A stretch of DNA of 32,482 nucleotides, from contig NC_068983.1 of the NCBI RefSeq assembly GCF_001194135.2, forward strand, positions 23,526,865 to 23,559,346. Direction: 5' to 3'. The number at the start of each line of letters is the position of its first letter. Position 1 is the stretch's first letter. The position numbers and the translations under genes were made by a program. Positions 10,510-21,544 of the stretch are shown piece after piece. The DNA comes from Octopus bimaculoides. Lineage: Eukaryota. The notes below the pieces were generated by a model. The model was not told where the DNA came from, did not search any database, and saw nothing but the letters and a program-made list of their open reading frames with translations.

Positions 10510-10833
10510 CTTAACCCATACTTTCTTCCCAATTTGGAAAGCTATGTGTCCTTCCTTGCCACTTGTTCAGAGGATACTGGTATAGCTTGGATTCCTCTAC
10601 TCATATCTAGACATTACTCTTTGCAGTATGAACTTCTCCTTCTCTTCCAAGCTTGATTACAAATAATATCTGAAGACCGCTTCAAGTGGTAAGATGTGCG
10701 CCTTCTTAGCTATGGCTTTAATTGTTCTATGCGCCTTTCCACTTGGACAATATGCAACTCTAAAATAACTCTCTACTTGCCATTTGTTCAACATTTCCTT
10801 CAGTACTTCTGATCTAAATGTAGTGCCACCACC
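10510..10833 (-). pseudogene. Gypsy-type integrase core and downstream region (minus strand)
   Basis: Reads GGTTFRSEVLKEMLNKWQVESYFRVAYCPSGKAHRTIKAIAKKAHILPLEAVFRYYL*SS...QRVMSRYE*RNP...FQIGKKVWVK. This is the rve D(35)E region with the NGIVER stretch deleted, followed by the IGxxVWVK motif. Confidence 0.8.
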
Positions 10834-10840
10834 AACAGCA

Positions 10841-11074
10841 GTACTTTTTACATGGCACCAGCACAAGTGCTTTTTATGTGGCACCAGTGCTGGTCCTTTT
10901 TACATGGAACCACCACCAGTGCATTTTATGTGGTATCAGCACTGGTGTTTTTTACATAGCACCAGAACCAGTGCTTTTTACATGGTGCCACCAAGAGTGC
11001 TTTTCATGTGGTACCAGCACCAGTGCTTTTTACATGGTACCAGCACCAGTGTTTTTTATGTGGCACCAGCACTG
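10841..11074. repeat. 26-bp minisatellite, 9 units (GTGCTTTTTAYRTGGCACCAGCACCA)
   Basis: Exact 26-bp period from 10841 (unit 9 starts 11049); no unique spacers. Confidence 0.95.
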
Positions 11075-12022
11075 GACCTTTGAAAAATAGTCATGCTGAC
11101 TGTTCTTTCACTTATGTTGTCAGAACAATCCATTCTAGTTGCCTACTTTGTAAAATAGCTGCACCAGGGACATGCCACCTGGGTAAGCAAGGTAGGCAGA
11201 GCCTACCCTGAATAAAATAGATTGATAGTAATATTTTCCTTTTATAGCAAAATATGCACTTAATTCAATAAAATTATGAAGGTTACTATGCATAAAATAC
11301 AAAATATTTTATTTTTTTGTAGGTTAGGTAGACATAACTCGCCCCTGCCTTTCATTCTCAGTATTAAGGCTACACATAGAACTGCTGATGTACATGTGCC
11401 GTGTACATTCCTACAACAATGTTTTCTTTATACGCTATAAAAGCAGAAGTAAATCTGCCTACAACTGAGTCATACGCCTGTGTTTCGCTTATTTTTTTGT
11501 GTGTTTTACTACATAAACGACACCAACTGCCTACCCTGAGTAATTACTGATGGCACATGCCTGAGCTGCATGCAATGCAAAACCTACTGGCAATAGGATG
11601 AAGCTTGACTAATTTTCTATACAGTGAAAACAATTCCTGCTTTCTTAACTCATCACTTATCTGCAGAATCTCATTCTTCTGCATTGATCGTTTCTTATGT
11701 TCTGCTTTTTCTTATTCTAAGATCCATTGCTTAGAGGCATAACCAAGTTCTAAAATTTGGGAAGCGAGCACAAAAAAAAAAGAAAAGAGCTACTGTGACA
11801 CATACCAAACAATTTTTAGCTCATTTCTCCTATTACATGAAGTATTTAATTTGTTATAACATATGTAATTGTATTCTTCATTCATTAATTTCATGTTTCA
11901 GGTTTCAATTTTGAAAAATGTGCTGGTGGTGGGGAAAGTCACTTCCCTTGCTCCCCAGTTAGCTACACCATTGTCAGTACTACTTCCTTCCAATGTTTCT
12001 GTTGGGAACTTGGGCAAGAATC

Positions 12023-12023
<1 letters not shown>

Positions 12024-12080
<57 letters not shown>
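12024..12080. repeat. (TATC)n microsatellite
   Basis: Directly visible. Confidence 0.99.
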
Positions 12081-12435
12081 GACGGACGTGCTGTCACATC
12101 GGCTGCAGAGGTAAACGTTTATTTGACCTTTTATTGTCCACATTTTGTTGGAATTTTTTAATATTTTTGTTGCGAAGCACCTAGGCTTCATTTTTGTGTA
12201 TTTTCAAGGGCAGGAATTGGCCCTAGCAAAATACAAAATTTTTTTTCTCGACATTTGAAAAATGTCGAGAAACATAATTTTGGAACGCTTGTCTTGTTCT
12301 TTTGATGAGCATTTCCCGAGACTTCAGATGCCAGAAGAGAAAAAAGAACAGAGTAGCACGTGCTCACACAGTGACAGGAACGCAGTTGCTGTAAACGTCA
12401 CAAAGACGGCGATTACAGCTACTAACAGCCCTCTC

Positions 12436-12721
12436 NNNNNNNNNNNNNNNNNNNNNNNNNNNNNNNNNNNNNNNNNNNNNNNNNNNNNNNNNNNNNNNNN
12501 NNNNNNNNNNNNNNNNNNNNNNNNNNNNNNNNNNNNNNNNNNNNNNNNNNNNNNNNNNNNNNNNNNNNNNNNNNNNNNNNNNNNNNNNNNNNNNNNNNNN
12601 NNNNNNNNNNNNNNNNNNNNNNNNNNNNNNNNNNNNNNNNNNNNNNNNNNNNNNNNNNNNNNNNNNNNNNNNNNNNNNNNNNNNNNNNNNNNNNNNNNNN
12701 NNNNNNNNNNNNNNNNNNNNN
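12436..12721. other. Assembly gap (N)
   Basis: Run of N. Confidence 1.
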
Positions 12722-13024
12722 AACTATGAGGAAATCTGGATCGGAGGCGACTGCTACTAATGCAGCCTCTCCATCTACTAACACCAGTGACAACAACATG
12801 AAAGTTAACACCGCCACCACCACCATCACCACCACCACCATCACCACCACCACCATCACCACCACCAGCAGCAACAACAACAAAAACAACAACAACAGCA
12901 AGGACGCAAAGTTATCGGCCGTCAGCACTGACACCATCACCTGTTCAACAAACTCTGCTGCCATTACCACCACCTTGAACCAGGCAGTACATACACCAAC
13001 ATAAACAAAAATATTCAAAAGAAC

Positions 13025-13776
13025 ATGTCCGTCATCACAATAAAAACAAATTTCGCAAATGCTCTAAAGGAAAAAAGAACAATAGTGACATTCACACAAC
13101 AACAAATTAAAGACACAAAATCCCTTCTCACGAAAGAAGGCGTTGATGTTAGAATAAACATTTCAAAAGATATTATGGAAAAAAAACAACAAAAAAATGC
13201 ATCATTTATAAACTGGTAAACATAAAAACCAGACGTGTAGAAAATTTTAGCACAGATAAGATCGAAGTTTGTCTTAAACCTGTATAGATTCATCAAAATC
13301 ATGTCACGTGGGGACGAAAATTTGGAACGGTACAGGTGAGATTCTTAAATGAAAATTTAGCTAAGCAATTTTCGACACTCTCTCTCTCCGCACAGATAAC
13401 TTGGTGATGATACCGAGTTATCTAGGACAGAGAGTGACAAAAGTAATTATAAAAAAATGTGCCATCGGAAGTGGACACCCAATGGCTGATATCGGCCGTA
13501 TGCCTCGAAATGGAGGAGGCAAATATTTTGGAGATTACGGTCGTAGAGGAAAAGAACTGGGGAGGGAAAAATCTGGAAATCCTTCTCCACATCACGGAGG
13601 AGGCTTCACAGAAAATTCCTCCAAACATTAGACCGGTAGAAGACCACAAGCTGTATGTGGTGGTAGAGGGCAGGCGACCTCGCTGTTACCTATGCAACAG
13701 CGAGGCACATCTGAAAAAGGACTGCCCTCTGGCCGCTAAACAAAAACAACAACAACGACAACAACAACAGAAGTAA
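13025..13776 (+). pseudogene. Gag-like ORF1 with CX2CX4HX4C zinc knuckle
   Basis: Reconstructed across frameshifts at A-runs (about 13180-13197, about 13455) and a TC run (about 13378-13388), plus a TAG at 13285. Reads ...WGRKFGTVQVRF...PSYLGQRVTKVIIKNVPSEVDTQWLISAV...YVVVEGRRPRCYLCNSEAHLKKDCP; knuckle at 13684-13725. Confidence 0.8.
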
Positions 13777-13839
13777 CTACCAAATACCAACAACAGAAAA
13801 ACTTTACTACCAACACCACCAGCAACACAAAAAACAACA

Positions 13840-13939
13840 NNNNNNNNNNNNNNNNNNNNNNNNNNNNNNNNNNNNNNNNNNNNNNNNNNNNNNNNNNNNN
13901 NNNNNNNNNNNNNNNNNNNNNNNNNNNNNNNNNNNNNNN
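13840..13939. other. Assembly gap (100 N, probably of unknown size)
   Basis: Exactly 100 N. Confidence 1.
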
Positions 13940-14056
13940 TACTAGGCTTACAAAGAATAAGTCCTGGGGTTGATTTGTTTGACTAAAACTCATTAAGGTG
14001 GTGCTCCAGCATGACTGCAGTCAAATGACCTGAAACAAGTAAAAGAATGAAAGAAC
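13940..14056 (+). mobile_element. 3' end of SINE family A
   Basis: TACTAGGCTTACAAAGAATAAGTCCTGGGG...GGTGCTCCAGCATG...GAAACAAGTAAAAGA; nearly the same as 24980-25086. Confidence 0.85.
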
Positions 14057-14436
14057 AGCTTAAGACTACAATGCTTTTAGACTGACACTGTACTGTTTCT
14101 TTTACCCCACTGACTTTTACAGATCTTAACAATAGAACTAACACTGGTCATTAATCAAAAAATCTGTCAATTTTCACAATTATACTTCCTGTCAATTATT
14201 ACAGAAGAATTTCACGCAGCTGTTGAGGAATTAATGTTCTTATAAGTTAGTTAAAAATTTAGTTGATTGTAAATGATTATCTCGACTAATCTACCATAAG
14301 TGTCTAATGTGGATGACATCAGTTTTTAAAAAATCTTCTCTGTAATTATAAGCTATTGTTAATTTTTACATTGTCTACACTGTGTTAAGATTTTTAACAT
14401 GGTAACTACCTGTCACCTGGTGCAACAATTATCTCA

Positions 14437-14645
14437 CATTGGTTTCAAATTTTGGCACAAGGCTAGCAAGTTCGGAGGAGGGGTTAAATTGATTATATCG
14501 ACCCCAGTGCTTATTTTATCGACTTTGAAAGGGATGAAAGGCTAAGTTGACCTTAGTGGAATTTGAACTGAGAATGTAATGATGGATAAAATGCTGCTAA
14601 GCATTTTGCCTGGCATTCTAACAATTCTGCCAGCTTTCCACCTTA
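14437..14645 (-). mobile_element. tRNA-derived SINE family B
   Basis: ATCGACCCCAGTG...GGATGAAAGGCTAAGTTGACC...GGAATTTGAACT...GCTAAGCATTTTGCC...CTGCCAGCT; homologous to 18703-18935. Confidence 0.85.
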
Positions 14646-14669
14646 AATATTCTTATCTATATATATATC

Positions 14670-14870
14670 TCTTTTACTCTTTTACCTGTTTCAGTCATTT
14701 GACTGTGGCCATGCTGGAGCAACGCCTTTACTCGAGAAAATCGACCCCAGGACTTATTCTTTGGAAGCCTAGTACTTATTCTATCGGTCTCTTTTTGCCA
14801 AACCGCTAAGTTATGGGGACGTAAACACACCAGCATCGGTTGTCAAGCGATGGTGGGGGGGACAAACACA

Positions 14871-14903
<33 letters not shown>

Positions 14904-15087
14904 CTATATATATACATATATATGACGGGCTTCTTTCAGTTTCCATCTACCAAATCCACTCACAAGGCTTTGGTCAGCCTGAGGCTATAGTAGAAGACAC
15001 TTGCCCAAGGTGCCATGCAGTGGGACTGAACCCGGAACCATGTGGTTGTTAAGCAAGCTACTTACCACACAGCCACTCCTGCGCCTA
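14670..15087 (-). mobile_element. tRNA-derived SINE family A, full length
   Basis: Same head, CORE-like segment, internal (CA)/(TA) microsatellite and tail as 5607-6017. Confidence 0.92.
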
Positions 15088-15091
15088 TATC

Positions 15092-15520
15092 TGCATACAA
15101 GAAATAATTAATTTCAGCATCTTCCAAGAAGAAATGTCTCAACAGGGGTAAAATCCATGTTAGCTGAGATGAAGTGTGTTGATCTGGTCCAACAAGAAAA
15201 TCTTCACCATGGAGGCAGTTTCCATCAGGCAGAATGACAGGCTTTATGCATTTAATGCAGGAGACTTGCCTGAAGGTAGCAGGAGTCATTTACGCTGTCA
15301 GATACCAGCTTCACTCATGGTGTGGGCCCCAGTTGCATCTGATGGGTCCAAGTCTCCCTTGATCTTCACTGATTCTGGCATCAAGGTCGACAGTGAAGTT
15401 TATGTGGAAATGTTGGATGAGAAAGTGTTACCCCAGGTCACAGAAAACTTTGGTGACCATTATATCTTCACTCATTAGGCTCCAGCCCACATATCCAATT
15501 TGACACAGAGGTGGTGCAAT
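15092..15520 (+). pseudogene. Tc1/mariner transposase fragment, maT (DD37D)-like
   Basis: Reads LIWSNKKIFTMEAVSIRQNDRLYA...IPASLMVWAPVASDGSKSPLIFTDSGIKVDSEVYVEMLDEKVLP...YIFTH*APAHISNLTQRWC, matching the WSDEKxFxVE..NxQNDR, KPASVMVWA and QDGAPAH motifs. Confidence 0.85.
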
Positions 15521-15984
15521 ATGATTGGGAAGCAAGCTTCTCAATCATACTACCTTACCTGACAGGCTTCTGTACAGTTTTTATCTACCCAGCTTCACTC
15601 ACAAGGTATTGATTGACGCAAGACAACACCCCACAGTAAAATTAAAACTGAAACCTCATGATTACAAAGCAAACTTCTAAACTATTCATCCGTTCATCCA
15701 TACTGTGATTCCCAGCCTTTCAAAAGGTAGCATCTGCTCTTTCGTATATGCAAGATTGGAGACGAAGAAAAAAGGTTGGTCATTCCACTTGAAGCAATTA
15801 TGATTTCTGATGAACTTTTGACAAAGCAATACATGCTTTCTCCAATCAAATACTGTCTACAAATTCTTTCCGTATATATGCTTATAAACAATTACGATTT
15901 CTAATGAACTTATAAACAATTATGCACTTATTTTACTGCCTATTTTGAACACTTTTATGTAAACTGTTTAAATGCAAAGCCTCT

Positions 15985-16054
15985 CTTAACATTTTCTTAT
16001 CATTGTCAAAGATTCTATTTCTTAACATTTTCTTATCATTGTCAAAGACTCTAT
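15985..16054. repeat. 36-bp tandem duplication
   Basis: CTTAACATTTTCTTATCATTGTCAAAGA(T/C)TCTAT at 15985 and 16021. Confidence 0.9.
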
Positions 16055-16580
16055 CACTGTATTTTAATACATCTGTGTTAACTAATTTTTAACACCACAA
16101 AGGCTACACAAAGCCTTGCACTTTACTTTTGAAAATCTTTTTAAAAAAAAGTGAAACCGGTGAAGTTAATAAACATCTTTAAAAGACCTCTGCATTTTCA
16201 AATCCTCTTCCCTATATATTTTCACTCATGTGGTACCTTCCATTTTTACTTTGTTATATATATATATACTTCACCGCCCATCTTGTTTCCAAGATCTGTC
16301 TGAAGAGGAGGAGCTTGTCGCAAAGAATATTTGCCAAAAGATGGAAAGATGTCGAAAGAAAGTTGTATATGCAAGGGGCCATGCCAACACGGTCGGACCG
16401 GGCATAGAAGGAAAAGAAATGGAAAGAAAAAAAAAAAAATCAACCGGCAGGTTAGAGAGACATCCCCAACTTAAAAGTAATCAAATTTTTAAAACAATAA
16501 CATCATCATATTATAATATATTATTCTCATGTAAAAATCATTTGTTAAATCATCTGTAAAAAGGCTCAACGATCTATATG

Positions 16581-16620
16581 TTCCCCTTTGTCTGTCCTAG
16601 TTTGTCCCCTCTATGTATCC
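16581..16620 (+). mobile_element. Short 3' fragment of SINE family B
   Basis: CCCTTTGTCTGTCCTAGTTTGTCCCCTCTATGT matches the reverse complement of the 18730-18765 and 29185-29215 region. Confidence 0.55.
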
Positions 16621-17251
16621 TATTTATTAAGAAATAAAAGAAAAATCTACAGTTACCTGCCGGCAGATAAGTCATGTTTTCTTATTTTAATTTTATAAAC
16701 AATATTGACATCCGTCTTTTAGTAACTTTATACACTAACACATTTTTTTACTATTATCTACTTATTCCATAATGTTTTAACCTTGTTTACTATAATACTC
16801 TTTTTCAATATTTTTAGATTGTAACTCTTAATAATTATATAGATACCATTAATGTAGGGATTAGTTTACAGATTTTGTCTCCTTATATATATTTTTATTT
16901 CTTATATTTATGTTTATTCCTTGAATGATTTTAGGTATTTTCTTAGGGATTTGACCTGAAGAGTGACTGATTTTGGGAGTAAAATCATTTCCCTGTTCTA
17001 ATGAACTTGGATAGAATTTGCTTATGATTTTATATAGTCCTATTTCAGCCATGAAATGCACGTAGTCTATATACTAGCACTAACTTTTATACATTTATAC
17101 TTCCATACTGTATATTACCGTATTAATTTTTACTGTCCAATTTATAAATTTGACTTAAAAATTTTTTAAAATTAATATTTCTATGATTTATTTATATGAT
17201 TTATATGACTGATTTATGTAATATATTATTTAATTTAAATTTTAGATTAAA

Positions 17252-17892
17252 NNNNNNNNNNNNNNNNNNNNNNNNNNNNNNNNNNNNNNNNNNNNNNNNN
17301 NNNNNNNNNNNNNNNNNNNNNNNNNNNNNNNNNNNNNNNNNNNNNNNNNNNNNNNNNNNNNNNNNNNNNNNNNNNNNNNNNNNNNNNNNNNNNNNNNNNN
17401 NNNNNNNNNNNNNNNNNNNNNNNNNNNNNNNNNNNNNNNNNNNNNNNNNNNNNNNNNNNNNNNNNNNNNNNNNNNNNNNNNNNNNNNNNNNNNNNNNNNN
17501 NNNNNNNNNNNNNNNNNNNNNNNNNNNNNNNNNNNNNNNNNNNNNNNNNNNNNNNNNNNNNNNNNNNNNNNNNNNNNNNNNNNNNNNNNNNNNNNNNNNN
17601 NNNNNNNNNNNNNNNNNNNNNNNNNNNNNNNNNNNNNNNNNNNNNNNNNNNNNNNNNNNNNNNNNNNNNNNNNNNNNNNNNNNNNNNNNNNNNNNNNNNN
17701 NNNNNNNNNNNNNNNNNNNNNNNNNNNNNNNNNNNNNNNNNNNNNNNNNNNNNNNNNNNNNNNNNNNNNNNNNNNNNNNNNNNNNNNNNNNNNNNNNNNN
17801 NNNNNNNNNNNNNNNNNNNNNNNNNNNNNNNNNNNNNNNNNNNNNNNNNNNNNNNNNNNNNNNNNNNNNNNNNNNNNNNNNNNNNNNNNNNN
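17252..17892. other. Assembly gap (N)
   Basis: Run of N. Confidence 1.
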
Positions 17893-17988
17893 ATATATAT
17901 ACGTAGGTACTGTAAATTTTAGAGGTAATACTTGATAAGTGTAAGCACCTGTATATGTTGGATAGTGGCAGAGGTGAAAGAATTTACA

Positions 17989-18041
<53 letters not shown>

Positions 18042-18128
18042 AACATACATACGTACACATATATATGTGTGCATGTTTGTGTGTTTGAAGGACAGGAAAA
18101 ATATTATCTAGTTTGGAAACAGGTACAA

Positions 18129-18258
18129 GTTAGTAACAGGAAAAGCATCTAACCATAGAAAAGGCTGTTTCAATAAGTTTTGTCTGACAACTGCAAGCAT
18201 GGAAATGTGGATGTTAAGAGATGAAAATAGATGAAGACGGAGATGATGATGATGATGA
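18129..18258 (+). mobile_element. Degenerate RTE-type 3' tail with (GAT)n
   Basis: GTTAGTAACAGGAAAAGCATCTAACC...CTGCAAGCATGGAAATGTGGATGTTAA...GATGATGAT resembles the reverse complement of 4105-4260. Confidence 0.55.
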
Positions 18259-18702
18259 CTGGAACAATGATGATGATGAGTAGGAAGGAAAATATCAGGA
18301 TATAGAAAGTGACCATACTTATAATATCAATTATAACGAATTTTAGTTAATTAATACCGAGGATTTTCTAAATGCCAAAGTTTTCTGGTGGAAGCTGGTG
18401 ATATGGTGAAGGAAAAGTAATGGAAGCTATAATTGTAAAACATAATAATGGATTTGAAAGAAGAAAATAAAGGAATCTAAGACAGGAATTTATAACTAGA
18501 AATTAAGAAGGCAGACATGTAGCTACTTGTATATGTAGTATGATTAAAAATGAGAGAAGTAAATAAGAATTTGGTAAATTTTGTTGTGTTTTGAGAGGGT
18601 CATTACACCAATATTAAACACATGCACTGGTTGAATTTCACTTCTTTATTGTATGACAGCTGGTTAGTTATTTAACTAAGTAATTGATTCTTTGCTTAAT
18701 CA

Positions 18703-18935
18703 CTTATTTCTTTATTGCCCACAAGGGGCTAAACATAGAGGGGACAAACAAGGACAGCCAAAGGGATTAAGTCGATTACATCGACCCCAGTGCGTAACTG
18801 GTACTTAATTTATCGACCCCGAAAGGATGAAAGACATAGTCGACCTCGGCGGAATTTGAACTCAGAACGTAACAGCAGTCGAAATACCGCTAAGCATTTC
18901 GCCCGGTATGCTAACGATTCTGTCAGCTCACTGCC
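18703..18935 (-). mobile_element. tRNA-derived SINE family B, full length, perfect 15-bp TSD
   Basis: TSD TTCTTTGCTTAATCA at 18688-18702 and 18936-18950. Minus-strand head GGCAGTGAGCTGACAGAATCGTTAGCAT with B-box-like GAGTTCAAATTCC. Confidence 0.95.
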
Positions 18936-19519
18936 TTCTTTGCTTAATCATTCTGCTAAACAATCAATTAGATGTTTGCCTTTCAAAACCTCATCAATGA
19001 CTCACTCTCTCTCCTCTAGATCTGCTTCAAATCTGAAAGGATTTTAACTAACAACTGATTAATTGACTAACCAACTGATTAAGCAAGCAATTGATTAGTC
19101 GGTTGGTTGAATAACTAACCAATGGATGAATAATAAAGAATTTAAACTGAACTAGTGGGTGTGTTAATTGTTGGCATAATGACCCTCCCAAGATGCAACA
19201 AATTTTGTTTCAGCTCATGAGTTCACATCAAGAAACTTGCAACCCCCCCCAAAAAAATAACGAAATAATCACCCCCCAAACAAACAAACAAACAAACAAA
19301 CCAAAAAAACCAAAAAAGAAACAAAGAAAAAAAATCAAACAAATTTGGTAAATGATTCGTAGCACTGAGATGGAAAACAAAGCATTTAGAAGCATGGAAC
19401 AATTGTCAGAACAGTCTATGGAGTTTGTAGAGAAGATAAGTTTTTGATATGTAAGGGATGTACTTAATAACCTGTGGTAATGAAGAGAAGTTAGCTTATG
19501 AGTGATGTATAGAAACTGA

Positions 19520-19591
19520 GATAGATAGATAGATAGGTAGAGATAGATAGATAAATAGATAGAAATAGATAAATAAATAGATAGATAGACA

Positions 19592-19665
<74 letters not shown>

Positions 19666-19695
19666 GACAGAGAAAGCGAGAAAGAGAGAGAGGGG
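19520..19695. repeat. Compound (GATA)n/(GA)n microsatellite
   Basis: Directly visible. Confidence 0.97.
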
Positions 19696-19938
19696 GCTGG
19701 TGAACCTTGAATTCTGAACTGTAATAAAATAATAAGAAACAAATGGTACACTTTTTGCAACACTTAGGTATGAATTTATTTACGGTGGGTAATTTGATCT
19801 TAAGTCTTGGGAGTTTGTGTATTTGTGTATGTGTGCATATGTGTGTATGTTTGTGTATATGTGTGTATGTATGCAGATGAGGTGTGCAGCTTAGAAACCA
19901 GTATAGAAGTGATTCTATAGAAACTGTGAGAGGGAGGA

Positions 19939-19942
<4 letters not shown>

Positions 19943-19992
<50 letters not shown>
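19943..19992. repeat. (GA)n microsatellite
   Basis: Directly visible. Confidence 0.97.
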
Positions 19993-19994
<2 letters not shown>

Positions 19995-21440
19995 TACTCT
20001 CGGTCATTGGCCTTCCTCCTGTCTGAAACGGTTAAAGGTTTTCTTTAGAGAATACCTTTTATTGTTGCTTGAAGAAGGCAATAGAGGTTTCAAGTAGCCT
20101 GCAAAAAAATTAACAAATGCAAGCTTCTCATTAAAACCAATCACTTTGACAACCTGTAATTATATTTAGAATTAGGAAGAGCAATTAGTGATTAAACCCT
20201 CACTTCTCCTACCCCCACCTCCATCCCCACTATCATTTCAGTTACTCAATGTTATCGAACTAACCAGCTGAATTGACTGGTCCATTTAACATGATCTAGT
20301 ATGACTTTTCAATGACCATTTTCTTGAATCATTCCTGTCATTAAATATTCTAAAGACAGCCTTGTTTCACATACATTTCCATCATTTCTGCAATCAATAA
20401 TCTTCTTTCATCATTATATTCAGTGTAATTATCCAATTGCCCCCTTCTACTGCTATTATCATTTATTTATTTAAAAAATTTTTTTTATTTTTATTTTTAT
20501 TTTTATCAGACAACCATTTTCTTAATAGCATTTACCATGCAATCATCATCCCAATAATGTATACAGCAAGAAACAAGAACAGTGGACTATCAGAATTCTA
20601 AATCCTTCATTGATCAACTAATTATTAAATCTAACAAAGTTTATTTGTTTGAAGTCCATTTTTAAGGTTCCTTTTAGTTTTAGTATTCCTTTTATATCAT
20701 CAGACAGACTGCACTAGAAAGGAAAGGTTAAGTTGAAACATTTATGTTATTGAGTGAATATAAGATGAACAGTTTTTTCTTGGAACATGTTAACTTTGAT
20801 AATAGCAACTCTTTAATTTAATGTTGTATTCAGTTTAATCAGTATGGCTGCTTTTCTTTGAAGAAGTGATGGAAGTTGTGGACTAGATTATTCAGTTATG
20901 ACTGTAAATAGACAGAGCATCTTTTTCAAGCTAAGCATTTAATCAGTCATCTAGAAAAAAATAATTAATTATTGTTTTCTTGAATAATCAGTATCATCAA
21001 CTTATTTTTGGTGTAATTAAATTTACAGTCACGGAAAACTTTATTCCACAAGAGTTGTCACAAATGACAATGGTATTACTGCAAAGGCAGCTTGAACTGT
21101 TATTAGCCAGTGGCTGGGTCTTTGATTTCACTTGAAAGAATCAGAATATAGCATTGTAAGTGAAAGATGTCGACAGTCTAAACCAGAGAAGAAGATACAA
21201 AGAGCGAGTTACTTGAAAAAGCTCAACCAAGAAGAGAAACCTTATGGCAAACATGAATTTCTGAGGCTTTATTACTGGTTTACTGTTCAGGGCATTTGAA
21301 CATTATATATCAATCTACATGGGTTAGTCAGTGCAGATGAATCATAGGTTGCATTTTGACTTCAAGGTTTTGTGATAAGTAAAAGAAAAAGAAATTGATT
21401 CAGTAATATAGAGCAGCAGCTTTTTCTTTTTACTTGTTAG

Positions 21441-21544
21441 GTTTGGAGGAAGAGGCAATGCCCATGGCCTTCACAAGTGTTCTGAGATCAGTGAACTTGT
21501 TGCTAGGAATATTCTGCTTAAATTGTTGCAAATTGCCAACAACA
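21441..21544 (+). CDS. Candidate internal exon of an unidentified gene (splice signals only)
   Basis: Acceptor TTTTTCTTTTTACTTGTTAG|, donor |GTAAAT at 21545. Two frames are open (FGGRGNAHGLHKCSEISELVARNILLKLLQIANN or LEEEAMPMAFTSVLRSVNLLLGIFCLNCCKLPTT). No recognised homology. Confidence 0.25.

Larger units (their letters stand above)
12081..13839 (+). mobile_element. Non-LTR retrotransposon 5' region and ORF1 (Tx1/L1-like), cut by gaps
   Basis: Begins right after (TATC)n. Low-complexity Thr/Asn-rich ORF pieces (12262-12435, 12726-13004) precede the ORF1-like region 13025-13776. The right boundary is hidden in the 100-N gap. Confidence 0.6.

Noticed and set aside
10841-11074. CRISPR-like appearance of the 26-bp partly palindromic repeats
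   Set aside because: Units are directly adjacent with no unique spacers, there are no cas genes, and the context is eukaryotic. It is a minisatellite.
16294-16370. CTGAAGA...CGAAAG...GTA with an inner GCAAA/TTTGC hairpin
   Set aside because: Base of stem II, stem III and stem I do not pair convincingly. Could be re-examined with a family consensus, but is unsupported from this copy.
16680-17251. Very AT-rich stretch suggesting a mitochondrial insertion; ORF 16861-17061
   Set aside because: No recognisable mitochondrial gene, tRNA or rRNA motif, and the peptide has no recognisable domain.
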